From a virus, in the IMG/VR virus record IMGVR_UViG_3300046747_000672, positions 49,763 through 113,762 of that record: 64,000 nt of DNA; one strand, written 5' to 3'. A program made the position numbers and the translations under genes. Position 1 is the stretch's first letter. Each line of letters opens with the position of its first letter. The notes under the pieces are model-generated. The model was not told the origin of the DNA. It did no database searches and saw only the letters and a program-made list of their open reading frames with translations. Below are positions 35,184 through 44,422 of this stretch, one piece after another.

Positions 35184-35761
35184 GCGCCGAGAAGCCCACC
35201 GTCTCCCCCGGCATCCTGCAAGTTGGAGGCATCTCGCTACGCGACCTGTTCGCCGTGGCGGCCATCGCGAGCGGCTCAAGCTCGCGCGACGCCTACTTGG
35301 CCGCGGACCAGGCGATGGCGCTGCGAGAGGCGACGGCTCCCGCTGACAGCTCCCGTGGCGAGACCTGCAACGATGTGTTCGCTGGCCTCGTCTGCGAGGA
35401 GCCGAGGGGTCACGTCGGACAGCATCGGGAGGGCCTCAACGTCTGGAGCGAGGAGCGCAAGGCGGCGTTCGCGGCAAAGTTCGGGGCGGAGTTCACTGTG
35501 CCCGCCGACGATGCCCCGGGAGCGCCGGTCGTTACGCCGGCCGACCTGGTGCCCGTCCGGAGTGCCATGGAGGCGGCTGAGGGCTTCCTGGGCGAGCTCG
35601 GCGGCGGACCCATCAACTCAGAGTCGGCGGAGGAGGCGCGCGCACTGGAGAGCTTTCGGCGCGCGAAGCGCATGGTCGGCGCCGATCGGGCGACGCTGAA
35701 CGACGGGGACGAGTTGGGGCGGGGAGCAGTAACGGGCGGGGACAGGAGCAACAACGAGTGA
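35180..35761 (+). CDS. Hypothetical protein (SLRDLFA...AYLAADQAM N-terminal module)
   Basis: GGAGG SD; common phage LRDxFA motif. Confidence 0.65.
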   Translation: MSAEKPTVSPGILQVGGISLRDLFAVAAIASGSSSRDAYLAADQAMALREATAPADSSRGETCNDVFAGLVCEEPRGHVGQHREGLNVWSEERKAAFAAKFGAEFTVPADDAPGAPVVTPADLVPVRSAMEAAEGFLGELGGGPINSESAEEARALESFRRAKRMVGADRATLNDGDELGRGAVTGGDRSNNE

Positions 35762-36102
35762 CCACAACCACGACAATTCTCGCCACCCTTCTCGCCCGCG
35801 TTGGGCGCTACCTCGTCGCGCTGGCGGACCGGTGCGCTCCAGCGCCGCGCCTCGCGCCGCCGTGGGCTGAGGCCGACGACGTCGTCACAATTCGGACGTG
35901 CGGGACCTTCCCGGCCGAACCGCCTCGTCCCGACATCGATCGCGACGCCGACGACCTGCGCCCGACGACGCGGCCGTGCAGTCCGCCGCCAGCGATGGAA
36001 CCTGCACCGGGTTCGACGCGGAGGCTGATCAAGGTCGACGACGAGTTCATCTCGGTCACACCGCCGAATCATTGCTTCTGGCAGAAGGGCGGCGCGGCGT
36101 GA
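35758..36102 (+). CDS. Hypothetical Pro-rich protein
   Basis: Coupled. Confidence 0.5.
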   Translation: MTTTTTILATLLARVGRYLVALADRCAPAPRLAPPWAEADDVVTIRTCGTFPAEPPRPDIDRDADDLRPTTRPCSPPPAMEPAPGSTRRLIKVDDEFISVTPPNHCFWQKGGAA

Positions 36103-36524
36103 CCGGCGCACGGCAAAAGCTGCTCGTGATGGTCGAGTCGCCGCTCGCTGGCAACGTGACGCGAAACGTCGCCTACGCCCGCGCATGCCTGCTCGATTCG
36201 CTCCGGCGCGGCGAATGCCCGTTCGCGATGCATCTCCTCTACCCGCAAGTGCTCGACGACGCGAAGCCGGAGGAACGCGAGCTCGGCATCAGTTCTGGTC
36301 TCGCGTGGTCGTCGTGCGCCGACCTCGTCGCCGTCTACACGGACCTCGGCGTCAGCAAGGGGATGCAGAGGGCGATCGATGCCGCGGGAGCGCGGGACCT
36401 CGCTGTCGAAATGCGGTCCGGCATCTGGGACCTCGCCAAAGTTTGCACGGTCTGCTTTGGCGTCAAGACCATCATGTCCGGCGGGGTCGGACGCTGCCAC
36501 TTCTGTCCGCGGGAGGTCGCATGA
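36099..36524 (+). CDS. Nucleoside 2-deoxyribosyltransferase-like (flavodoxin-fold) phage protein
   Basis: VESPLAG..RNVAYARACL.DSLRRGECPFAMHLLYPQVLDD...VYTDLGVSKGM. Confidence 0.7.
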   Translation: MTGARQKLLVMVESPLAGNVTRNVAYARACLLDSLRRGECPFAMHLLYPQVLDDAKPEERELGISSGLAWSSCADLVAVYTDLGVSKGMQRAIDAAGARDLAVEMRSGIWDLAKVCTVCFGVKTIMSGGVGRCHFCPREVA

Positions 36525-36787
36525 CCCTCGCCGCCGCCATGCCCAACGAGACCCTCCAACTCGCCACGCAGCTCGCGATCGACGCCGCGGCGCACCGGGC
36601 GGGTCTGTCGGACCGCGAAAGCTGCGTCGTCAACATGCTCGTGTCCGGCTACTCGACGAAGGAGATCGCGGCGGCGCTGTACATCACGGCGAAGACGGTG
36701 AAGGCGCACTGCAATTCGATCTACCGGAAGACGAAGTGCACGGGGCGGCTGGAGCTCGTGGGGCGAATTCTGGAGCGGAGAGGTTGA
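36521..36787 (+). CDS. LuxR-type HTH regulator
   Basis: LSDRESCVVNMLVSGYSTKEIAAALYITAKTVKAHCNSIYRK. Confidence 0.88.
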   Translation: MTLAAAMPNETLQLATQLAIDAAAHRAGLSDRESCVVNMLVSGYSTKEIAAALYITAKTVKAHCNSIYRKTKCTGRLELVGRILERRG

Positions 36788-36788
36788 G

Positions 36789-37088
36789 ATGACGAAGGAC
36801 CACCTCCGGGCGATGATCGAGCGAACCTGTAAGTCGCGTGTCCGCGACGTCCGGATCAGCGTCGCGAAGCGGACCGCCAGCATCGATTTTGAAGACGACG
36901 TCTCGATCACGCTGACCATGATGACCGGGCTCGCAGCTTTGCTGCAAACTGACAAGATCAGCTTCGTATTTGAACGAGGCTTCGGAGGCTCGGACGCCAC
37001 TCCGCCCGACGGCGCCACGGGATGCATCTGCGCGGAAGACATCGGCGTCGCTGTGATGGCAGTGCTGGAGGACTCCGAATGGCGATGA
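36789..37088 (+). CDS. Hypothetical protein
   Basis: GAGG SD. Confidence 0.55.
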   Translation: MTKDHLRAMIERTCKSRVRDVRISVAKRTASIDFEDDVSITLTMMTGLAALLQTDKISFVFERGFGGSDATPPDGATGCICAEDIGVAVMAVLEDSEWR

Positions 37089-37423
37089 GTCTGCCCGTCG
37101 TCCTCGCCCACGAAGTCATCTCGCGGGCCTGCCTGTTCCGCTGCCAGCCGCTCGCCAACGATGCCGGCGGCGCGCCGGTTCTCTCTGCCGGATGTTGCGC
37201 GAGACGGCAGGCGAAGGCGCGCAAGGCGATCGGCGGCGACTCCGTGCGGATGTGCCGAGACTGCGCCGTCGGGAAGGAGGTCGAGCGGCTCTCCGGCGGA
37301 CCGGCAGAACTCGGCGAGCACAACGGCAAGGAAGAGGCTGCGCGGTCGCGGGGCGGGCAAAACGGGACAAGGACGAACCGGCGGAGGATGGCGAAGCGGG
37401 CCGCGGAAGGCGGTGATGGGTGA
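37085..37423 (+). CDS. Cys-motif hypothetical protein
   Basis: FRC...CARRQ...CRDCAVG. Confidence 0.55.
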   Translation: MSLPVVLAHEVISRACLFRCQPLANDAGGAPVLSAGCCARRQAKARKAIGGDSVRMCRDCAVGKEVERLSGGPAELGEHNGKEEAARSRGGQNGTRTNRRRMAKRAAEGGDG

Positions 37424-37875
37424 TCGGCCTCGGCATCGACCAAGGCGCGCGGCATGCGGGGTGGTGCCGGCTGGACCTCACCAAGCGCCCGAAGCTCATC
37501 GACTGCGGCACGTGCGCGCCGGAGCAGATCGCGGAGTTGTCGTCCGACGGCGTCGACCTCGTGGCGATCGAGAAGCCAGCCGGGCGCGTCATCGAAGGTC
37601 GGTCGGGCGAATACCTGATCGAGGCGGCGTGGAACGGTGGCGACAGTCGGCGGCTGTTCGTGGAGCGAGGCTGCAACGTGGTCACGGTGAGCCATTCGCA
37701 GTGGGTGACGGCGCTCATCGGTGCGTTCCAGCGAGGGAAACAGGACGCGCTGGTGAAGGAGGCGATTCTGAGGCTCGTGGAAGATTGGCAGGCGAAGAGC
37801 TCGACGCACGCGCGCGACGCGGCGGGCGTGTTGGTGATTGGCGCGAGGATTTGGCAGAGGAGGAGAGTTGCATGA
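37420..37875 (+). CDS. RuvC-like Holliday junction resolvase
   Basis: LGIDQGARHAGW...VAIEKP...W...HARDAAGV. Confidence 0.8.
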   Translation: MIGLGIDQGARHAGWCRLDLTKRPKLIDCGTCAPEQIAELSSDGVDLVAIEKPAGRVIEGRSGEYLIEAAWNGGDSRRLFVERGCNVVTVSHSQWVTALIGAFQRGKQDALVKEAILRLVEDWQAKSSTHARDAAGVLVIGARIWQRRRVA

Positions 37876-38089
37876 GAGAAGAAATCGAATACGGCGGCCC
37901 CATGGGCGACTTCGAAGCTGTGCTCGGCGACGATAGACTCCAGAAGGTGCTCGACAGGATGCGCGCGCTCGGCGTTTCGCGTCTCCGCGTAGGGGAGATC
38001 GACGTCACGATCGACACGTTCGCGCCGATGGGTGCGGCGACGAGGATTCGGAAGGACTTCGAACAGTGAGACCGGAGGAAGGCGACGCA

Positions 38090-38815
38090 ATGGACGTGAA
38101 GATCGTGCGGGTTCAAAACGTGCTGGGCGTGCAGGTCGGGCACTTCGACGATGGTGAGCCGAGGATTCGGGACGTGGTCCTGGCGGAGCGGCTTGGGTAC
38201 CAGCGGCCGAGGAAGGTTCGCGACCTCGTCGAGAGGATGCTTCGAGAGAAAAAGCTGAATGATGTCGTAGTTTGCCCCACGGCGGGGCAAACCTCCGGCG
38301 GGCGCCCAGGCTCCGAATACCACCTCACCGAAGCCCAAGCGCTGAAGGTCGCCGCCAAGTCCGAGACGGAGACGGCGGACCAGATCCTCGACCTGCTCAT
38401 CGAAGTGTTTCTGCGGGCGAAGGCGGGGCACGCGGCGGCGACGCCGTTGCCCACCGCGGAGCAGATGCTGGCCATGGTGCGCGCGGCGGTCGAGCAGGCT
38501 CTACCGAAGTTCCTGACTCCCTCTACCGGAGACGGTGTCGTCGGCCGCCAAGAAGGGAAGCTGCTCCGCGCGGCCCTGATGCACGTCGCGGTCATCGACG
38601 CCGACGGCAACCGGCGGATGGCGGTCGGCAGGCGCACGCGTCTCGACAACGAACTGCGCTCTCAACTGGAGTTCTTCGGGAGCTGTCGATCGTGGGACAA
38701 CCTGCCCAGCGCGAAACTCGGAATCGTCAAGGTGCTGTTGCAGAATGCCGAGAAGAAGGCGCGGGACGAGGCGATCCGGCGAAACGAAGCGCGCCAAGGG
38801 CGCTTGTTCCAGTGA
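38090..38815 (+). CDS. Phage antirepressor-like protein
   Basis: EPRIRDVVLAERLGYQRPRKVRDLVER...GGRPGSEYHLTEAQALKVAAKSET. Confidence 0.75.
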   Translation: MDVKIVRVQNVLGVQVGHFDDGEPRIRDVVLAERLGYQRPRKVRDLVERMLREKKLNDVVVCPTAGQTSGGRPGSEYHLTEAQALKVAAKSETETADQILDLLIEVFLRAKAGHAAATPLPTAEQMLAMVRAAVEQALPKFLTPSTGDGVVGRQEGKLLRAALMHVAVIDADGNRRMAVGRRTRLDNELRSQLEFFGSCRSWDNLPSAKLGIVKVLLQNAEKKARDEAIRRNEARQGRLFQ

Positions 38816-39054
38816 TCCCATTGACCCGCATTCGCAAGCGACCGGCGAGGAAGGCGAAGACGATCGCGACGACCGTCCGCCGCGGGTCCGTGATCATGCC
38901 GGCGATTCCTGGAACGGACGTGATCCAGAGCGCGTGCATCGGCGTGGCGGAGCTCATCGGCGACCAGTGCGAAGGGGTGGTGTTCGTTCAGCAGGATCAA
39001 GACGTCTGCTGGCGCGTCACGGTTGAAGTGGATCGGGGCGGAGGAGATGCGTAG
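38812..39054 (+). CDS. Hypothetical protein
   Basis: GTGA coupling. Confidence 0.5.
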   Translation: MIPLTRIRKRPARKAKTIATTVRRGSVIMPAIPGTDVIQSACIGVAELIGDQCEGVVFVQQDQDVCWRVTVEVDRGGGDA

Positions 39055-39151
39055 ATGGCGACGTGGTTCTTAGCGATCAATGTGTCATTTGGACTGTGGG
39101 CCGTAGAGCACACACTCCGCCAGATTCGCAACGAGCTGAAAAGGTTGAACG

Positions 39152-39358
39152 ATGGAAAACGGTAACGGTAACGGCAACAGCGTGGCAAAGCGGATGTGGT
39201 CGGCGGCAACAACGGACGTCGTGGCGGGCCGAGAGGTCGACCGGCTGGTGTTCTGCGTCGGCTACCTCGCCGGGGAGCTCGACAAGCGGGACGTGGCGAT
39301 CGAGGAATTGCGCGCGGAGATTCGGCGGATGAAGGAAGGGTGCGACGATGGGAAGTAG
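39152..39358 (+). CDS. Hypothetical coiled-coil protein
   Basis: Overlapping-gene chain. Confidence 0.5.
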   Translation: MENGNGNGNSVAKRMWSAATTDVVAGREVDRLVFCVGYLAGELDKRDVAIEELRAEIRRMKEGCDDGK

Positions 39359-39572
39359 CTCGTGGAAGATGCTGGGCGAGCACTTTGCAAGGCGCGGCTT
39401 GATTCGGCAGGATTCTGCGGTATTCGAAGAGGACGCCACGGTCGTCCTCGCGGCGGATGTATTGGCGATCATGTGGCTCTGCGACCGGCTCGACGAACTC
39501 GCCAAGCGGAACGAAGAGCTGGAGAAGCGAGTGGATTGGCTGGAGGCGAGCGGCGATGGGTGGAACAAGTAA
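39348..39572 (+). CDS. Hypothetical coiled-coil protein
   Basis: Overlapping-gene chain. Confidence 0.5.
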   Translation: MGSSSWKMLGEHFARRGLIRQDSAVFEEDATVVLAADVLAIMWLCDRLDELAKRNEELEKRVDWLEASGDGWNK

Positions 39573-39591
39573 GCGACGATAGGAGGACGAG

Positions 39592-39924
39592 ATGGGACGG
39601 TGCAAGGACTGCAAGCATTGGGAGGCGGACGGCTTTGCGTCAAGCGGTCCGCCTACTCCAAACCCAAACCACACATGCAACGCACCGAAGATGCTGAATG
39701 GCTACGGGCGCCCTCCGGTGCCAGTTGGTGGCGCGAGAGTCGAGAACGACGAAGGGTGGGCCATCGTCTCGGACGCCGACCTCGTCTGCACACTCTGCGG
39801 CGCGGACGCGCATCTCGCCGCCGATGGGGTCTACCGGCACACGAAGGACGCGCTGCAGGACGCGTCAACCTACTGCGACCGGTACGGCTATCCGATCGAA
39901 GTGCGGAAGAGGGGGGCGGCGTGA
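39592..39924 (+). CDS. Cys-rich mosaic protein
   Basis: AGGAGG SD; CKDCKHW...CTLC. Confidence 0.6.
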   Translation: MGRCKDCKHWEADGFASSGPPTPNPNHTCNAPKMLNGYGRPPVPVGGARVENDEGWAIVSDADLVCTLCGADAHLAADGVYRHTKDALQDASTYCDRYGYPIEVRKRGAA

Positions 39925-40166
39925 AGGAACAGATTTGCATCGGCTTCCGCAAGGGCCACTGGACGGTCGAGGCGCCCGCAGAGCCGGACGAGCGACATCG
40001 CCGCCCGCTCTTGCGCGAGCGGTGGACATGCCGGTGCCGTTGCGGTCACAGCCAAGTGCACAGCGCGAGCTCGTTGCTTTACGACATGTCCGACCGGTCG
40101 GCGTGTCGCTCTTGCGCGATGAAGGATGCGGCGAGGCGGAGAGGGAAGGCGAAGGAGACGACATGA
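39921..40166 (+). CDS. Small Zn-ribbon protein (HNH-associated N-terminal-like)
   Basis: GHWTV...WTCRCRCG...CRSC. Confidence 0.6.
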   Translation: MKEQICIGFRKGHWTVEAPAEPDERHRRPLLRERWTCRCRCGHSQVHSASSLLYDMSDRSACRSCAMKDAARRRGKAKETT

Positions 40167-40798
40167 AAGACGATCGAGAAGACATGAGAGCGAAGCTGCT
40201 GGCGAGACGGGAGCGTGAGGGGCGGCGGGCCACAGAAGGTTTCGCCGAGCCTCCGATGTATCTACCTAGATCTGAATGGATCGATTCCCTATCGCTGGCA
40301 TTCGCAGACGCGATATGTCCAGCGACAGGCCACTTCATTGTCCCGTCGGTGTTGTGCGACGGCGTGACGGACATTGGCCCCATGTTGGAACAATGGTTTC
40401 GCGAGATCGGAGCGAAAGGGTGACCCGCGCGGAAGTGTCCGAGCTCGCGAAAACGATCTTCGTCGAGACGGCGAAGGTCGCGCCGATGAGCGCATGGGCG
40501 TCGCTGGCCGTGGACGCGATGCGGAAGGCGAGAGAATCAGCGAGAGCGAAGGAGAACGGCGGATGAGGAAGAGAGCGAGCGCGCTTTTGTGTGCGATCGC
40601 AAGGATGCCCGTCGGATGGTCTCTTGCGTTTGGTACCGAGACGGACGAACACGGGGAAGAATTCTTGACCTCGGTCCTGTTCGACGAGAATGGTGACGGA
40701 AATGTGGGCGTGTCAGCTCTCGACGCCAAGACGCTCGAGCGTCTGACGTGCGGCATGCTTCGGCGATGGCTTAAGCAGCGGAAGCCGCCGGAGATGCG

Positions 40799-41209
40799 AT
40801 GAAGCGTCGTAAGCCGACCACGGCGGTCCTCGTTGACAAGCTCCTCGCCGCCGAATGCCTGCGACTCAAGCGAGCGCTTCAGCGAGAGGTCCGAGACCAC
40901 AAGGCGACGCAAGCGGCGCTGGAGGGTCTCCGATCGAGATGCGGGCAGTTGCCGGAGCAGCCGCCGATGGGCTGGTCGCCGGACTGGGACGAGGCGCACT
41001 ACGCTCGCGAGGTGAAGGCATTCGACGCGCTCGGCGCTATGCCGCAGGAGGAGCGTGAGCGCTTTGCGGAGATCGTGCAGGTCCTGTCGCTGAACGACAT
41101 CGACGACGGGCTGATGCCGGAGCGGATTCGGAACTGGCCACGGGCGGGAGCGGCGCCGGAAGCGAATGAGACGACGACGGATGCCCCATTGGAGGCGGTA
41201 GACAGATAG
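40799..41209 (+). CDS. Hypothetical protein
   Basis: GGAG SD, coupled. Confidence 0.55.
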   Translation: MKRRKPTTAVLVDKLLAAECLRLKRALQREVRDHKATQAALEGLRSRCGQLPEQPPMGWSPDWDEAHYAREVKAFDALGAMPQEERERFAEIVQVLSLNDIDDGLMPERIRNWPRAGAAPEANETTTDAPLEAVDR

Positions 41210-41273
41210 ACGGGTGTGAATCAAGGTGAAGGGCAGCGAACGGAGCGGGCCGGTCCCGCTCGGATGGTGAGAG

Positions 41274-41567
41274 ATGACGAAGAAGTGGTTCCTGGGGAGG
41301 GAACTGACGGAGCGCGAGGCCTCCCTCCACGCCGACGGGAAATGCATCGTCTGTGGCCGTGGAGCTCATGTGGTTCAGCGCCACGACAAGTCGCAGCGCG
41401 TCGACTTCGAGTGCAACGGCTGCTTCTCTGCGCGCACGAACTACTCGGCGGGCGCGCCGACGGCGAAGAGTTTCGGGGCCGCTGGGGCGTCCGTGGGGCA
41501 CGAGTACCGGCGGAGGCTTGGTTACAGTTCCGGAAGCGGGGGCATGGGTGGACGCGACGAAGAGTAA
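41274..41567 (+). CDS. Small Zn-ribbon protein
   Basis: CIVC...CNGC. Confidence 0.5.
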   Translation: MTKKWFLGRELTEREASLHADGKCIVCGRGAHVVQRHDKSQRVDFECNGCFSARTNYSAGAPTAKSFGAAGASVGHEYRRRLGYSSGSGGMGGRDEE

Positions 41568-41603
41568 TCGGAATCGCGAGCTGGTCTCGCGAGGAAGGCA
41601 GTC

Positions 41604-42317
41604 ATGGGCAACAGGAAGCGAGCAGAACGGCACGCGATCGAGGCCTCGGCCACGCATGTCGAGGACACCTACCGGGCGCCACGCAAGGCGGCGTTGCGAC
41701 CTGGGGCGATCAACGAACTGGAACTGTTCTTTGCCAGCGCCGAGTCCACGTTCGGGATGTCGAGCAAGTTTGCCGGTCTCGTCAACATGGCGATGTCGGG
41801 CGGCATGGGCTCTGGCAGAAACCACACCGAGGACGCGACCATCGCGCGGGTGGCGCCGAGCGACAAGCGGGACCGCCCCGTCGAGAGCATGGTGGCCGTG
41901 CACCGTGCGGTCCTTGCGGCGCTGCGGGCCATCGGCGAGCCCCATCGGACGGTACTCTGGGCCGCGCACGACCACTTCGTGTCGCCACCTGAGGTGAAGC
42001 GGGAGCTCAACGTCGTCGCGCGCGTCGCGCTGATGACGCCGGCAGCGTCGAGCGGGTATGCAGAAAGCGGGCGGACGGGCGAGCCGATCGAGCAGTGGCT
42101 TATTCGAGCCTGCTCGCGAGAGGAAGACATCGCCCAGATTGCGAAAGAGGCAGAGGCGATGCTGGACGTTGCCTACAGGGCCTACGCGGCAGCGAGAGAG
42201 CCTGAGCCGGGCCGCAAGGGCGTCGGGGCCTTTCGGAAGCGTGACCGTACTCCGAGGGCGCCCGTGCCACGAAGGTCGGTCTCCGCCGCCTTCGACCCTG
42301 AAGGGTGGCGCCCGTGA
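41604..42317 (+). CDS. Putative late-gene regulator (antiterminator Q-like position)
   Basis: Last large early gene before the late promoter; VHRAVLAALRAIGEPHRTVLWAAH resembles Q/sigma-region-4 helices; call is mostly positional. Confidence 0.5.
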   Translation: MGNRKRAERHAIEASATHVEDTYRAPRKAALRPGAINELELFFASAESTFGMSSKFAGLVNMAMSGGMGSGRNHTEDATIARVAPSDKRDRPVESMVAVHRAVLAALRAIGEPHRTVLWAAHDHFVSPPEVKRELNVVARVALMTPAASSGYAESGRTGEPIEQWLIRACSREEDIAQIAKEAEAMLDVAYRAYAAAREPEPGRKGVGAFRKRDRTPRAPVPRRSVSAAFDPEGWRP

Positions 42318-42583
42318 ATGGTGCCGAACCGCGCGCGCTGGGGGTGCCGCACGAAAAGCCGATCGAGGGATGGAAGAGCATCGCGACGGAGCTCGACGTC
42401 AGCGTCGAGACCGTGCAGCGCCTCGCCAGACGCAACCGGGACCCGCTACCGGTGTGGAAATTCATCCGAACGATCGTCGCGTGGCGATCGGCGATCGAGC
42501 AATGGAAGGCCCGCAACCTGCTCCCGCTCACGACGGCGGACCAGCTGGAGGCTCTCGAAGGCGCCCGCGAGAGCGACGATTAG
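42314..42583 (+). CDS. Xis/AlpA-like winged-HTH protein
   Basis: GWKSIATELDVSVETVQRLA...LPVWK...AWRSAIEQW. Confidence 0.75.
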   Translation: MNGAEPRALGVPHEKPIEGWKSIATELDVSVETVQRLARRNRDPLPVWKFIRTIVAWRSAIEQWKARNLLPLTTADQLEALEGARESDD

Positions 42584-42590
42584 CGGTCGA

Positions 42591-42691
42591 GTGACGTGTC
42601 ACGTAGCCAGGACACTCAAAAACAAGGGAAGCGCGTGACACGACGAGACAGAACGAAGTGTCTAGTCAACGGGCGCAGACATGCCCATTCT
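42591..42691 (+). promoter_or_regulatory. Late promoter region with GTGAC/GACA repeats
   Basis: TAGTCA-17-CATTCT (42663-91); palindrome GTGACGTGTCAC (42591-602); inverted repeat CGTGTCACG/CGTGACACG (42595, 42634). Confidence 0.5.
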
Positions 42692-42699
42692 TAGTTCAC

Positions 42700-42848
42700 G
42701 CTCGCGCCTGTGTGCACGTCCCCAGAAGGGCGACGGCGAACTGAAACCGAGCCAAGCCCGGAGAGCGGCTACGCGCCGCCCGGGCAAACATAACGTGGAC
42801 AGCGAAGCCGACAAGCCAACGGGGCAGACGCTCCGGCGTCTCCGCCCC
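42700..42848 (+). ncRNA. Structured late leader RNA (multi-stem junction plus hairpin)
   Basis: CTGT/ACAG and CACGT/ACGTG closing stems; CCC-AGAA-GGG; GCCCGG..GCGGC/GCCGC..CCGGGC; GGGGC-AGACG/CGTCT-GCCCC. Confidence 0.45.
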
Positions 42849-42881
42849 CCCGCGTCATCTCCGCCGAAGCAAGAGCGCCCC

Positions 42882-43097
42882 GTGCCACCCCTGTCGGAAC
42901 CACCGATCGCGTGGGTGCGGAAGACGAACCGCGAGCTCTACGACTGCTGGATCACGCGGATCGACGCCGTCGACGCCCTGCGACTCGTGCCGGACACGAC
43001 GGCAACGAAGCGGGCGCGAGAGACGGCACGCGAGGCGCTCCAGGACGCGGCGGACGAACTGACTGCGCGCATCCGGCAGAGCTTGCGGGATGCGTAG
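42882..43097 (+). CDS. First late-operon gene, hypothetical helical protein
   Basis: Protein-like C-terminal part of ORF 42681; GTG start. Confidence 0.5.
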   Translation: MPPLSEPPIAWVRKTNRELYDCWITRIDAVDALRLVPDTTATKRARETAREALQDAADELTARIRQSLRDA

Positions 43098-43104
43098 GAG
43101 CAGC

Positions 43105-43404
43105 GTGAACGACTCAGCAATCATGCCGACAGGAATCGATCCGATCTGGGTCGCGCCAGGTGTCGTGCTCGGCACGCACGAGACGAACTGCACCGTCCCC
43201 TTCATCGAAGGCTGGCCCATCGCGGGCTTGCAGCCGATCGATCCGCGGCTCTACTCGCCGTACATGCCCGCCCCGTCCGCCGACGTACTCCTCCACGCGA
43301 AGACTCGTCTCGCTGAACTCGACAGAGAACTCGACGCGTTCGAAGCCAAGCGCACGGAAGCGGAGATGCTCCGGCGGATGATCGCGGCGGCGGAGTCGAA
43401 GTGA
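43105..43404 (+). CDS. Hypothetical protein
   Basis: AGGAG SD; coiled-coil C-terminus. Confidence 0.6.
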   Translation: MNDSAIMPTGIDPIWVAPGVVLGTHETNCTVPFIEGWPIAGLQPIDPRLYSPYMPAPSADVLLHAKTRLAELDRELDAFEAKRTEAEMLRRMIAAAESK

Positions 43405-43601
43405 CCATGGACCAGCAAGAACACATCGCCCAATTCTTCGCGTTCGCGCACCTCCCTCCGGTGCTCCAGGACGTATCCCGTCCGTTCAGCGAGCTCGCCG
43501 ACAAGATCCTTCAGCTCCCCCGAAACCCGGAGCGTACAGTCGCTCTCCGGAAGTTGCTGGAGTCGAAGGACGCTGCGGTGCGCGCCGCGCTTGCCAAATG
43601 A
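43401..43601 (+). CDS. Small helical-hairpin protein, Acb2/Tad1-like candidate nucleotide-signal sponge
   Basis: FFAFAHLPPVLQDVSRPF...LPRNPERTVALRKLLESKDAAVRA. Confidence 0.55.
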   Translation: MTMDQQEHIAQFFAFAHLPPVLQDVSRPFSELADKILQLPRNPERTVALRKLLESKDAAVRAALAK

Positions 43602-44065
43602 ACCCCATCACCCGCCGCTCCACCTTCCTCGGCACGCTCGGCCTCGCCTTCGCTGGTCTCGTCCCGGCTGCGTGGGCTGGCGACCGAAAGAAAGCGGACG
43701 CGATCGCTGCCTCGGAGCCTGACGGTGATGCGCTCACCTGGCCTTCTTCGGGTAGCGTCAGATTTCAGGATTGCCACATCGAGGCGATCTACGATGCCGA
43801 GGAAGTTGAGCGCGCGATCGCTGCCGGCGGCTCGCTCAATGGCGCGTACGTAAGACTCACCAGACCGATTCGCGTGCGCGCCGGGCAACGGCTCGCGATG
43901 CGCGGCTGCGACGTGAAATTCGGCGGACCGTGCGCCATCATCATGCTCGATCCGAGCGCCTCCGTGTCTTTGAACGACTGCAACATCGAAAGCGGTCGCG
44001 GGGGCGAAACCCCGCTGGGTGTCATCGCTGGGATGTTCGACGGGGAAGCCCGAAGACTTATCTGA
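43598..44065 (+). CDS. Exported protein with Tat-like signal and beta-rich body
   Basis: TRRSTFLGTLGLAFAGLVPAAWA; repeated VxFxDCxI units. Confidence 0.55.
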   Translation: MNPITRRSTFLGTLGLAFAGLVPAAWAGDRKKADAIAASEPDGDALTWPSSGSVRFQDCHIEAIYDAEEVERAIAAGGSLNGAYVRLTRPIRVRAGQRLAMRGCDVKFGGPCAIIMLDPSASVSLNDCNIESGRGGETPLGVIAGMFDGEARRLI

Positions 44066-44257
44066 CGTGACCCAGCGGCCTCCCAAGCTCCGCAGAATCG
44101 ATTCCCCGTCCGCGGACGTCGTGCGTCTCATCCCGAGGCTAGCAAAGCCCGCTGAGAGCCGCCCAGGCGGCGGAACGCTCATCGCGGTCCCCTTCGGCGC
44201 TGGCCCTACCCGGTCAGAGCGCCGCGGACTCGCGAGAGCGCGCAAACGCAACACCAA

Positions 44258-44422
44258 GTGATTCGACGCCCCGACGACCGAACGATAGCCCAGCGGACCG
44301 CCAAAGCAGCCGACCTCGTCAGGATGGTGGCGCGGCTGAACGATGGGCCGGTGGGGAGCACGAGCGCGGAGATTCAGACGGTGCGACGGCAGGAAGAGCG
44401 AAGGCGGGGTCGGAAGCCATGA
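44258..44422 (+). CDS. 54-aa hypothetical protein (not in ORF track)
   Basis: GTGA and ATGA coupling at both ends. Confidence 0.45.
   Translation: MIRRPDDRTIAQRTAKAADLVRMVARLNDGPVGSTSAEIQTVRRQEERRRGRKP

Noticed and set aside
42735-42870. Glycine-riboswitch or hammerhead-like fragments (GGAGAG, CGCCGAAG, CTGA..GAAA)
   Set aside because: Order, spacing and remaining core nucleotides do not fit either family
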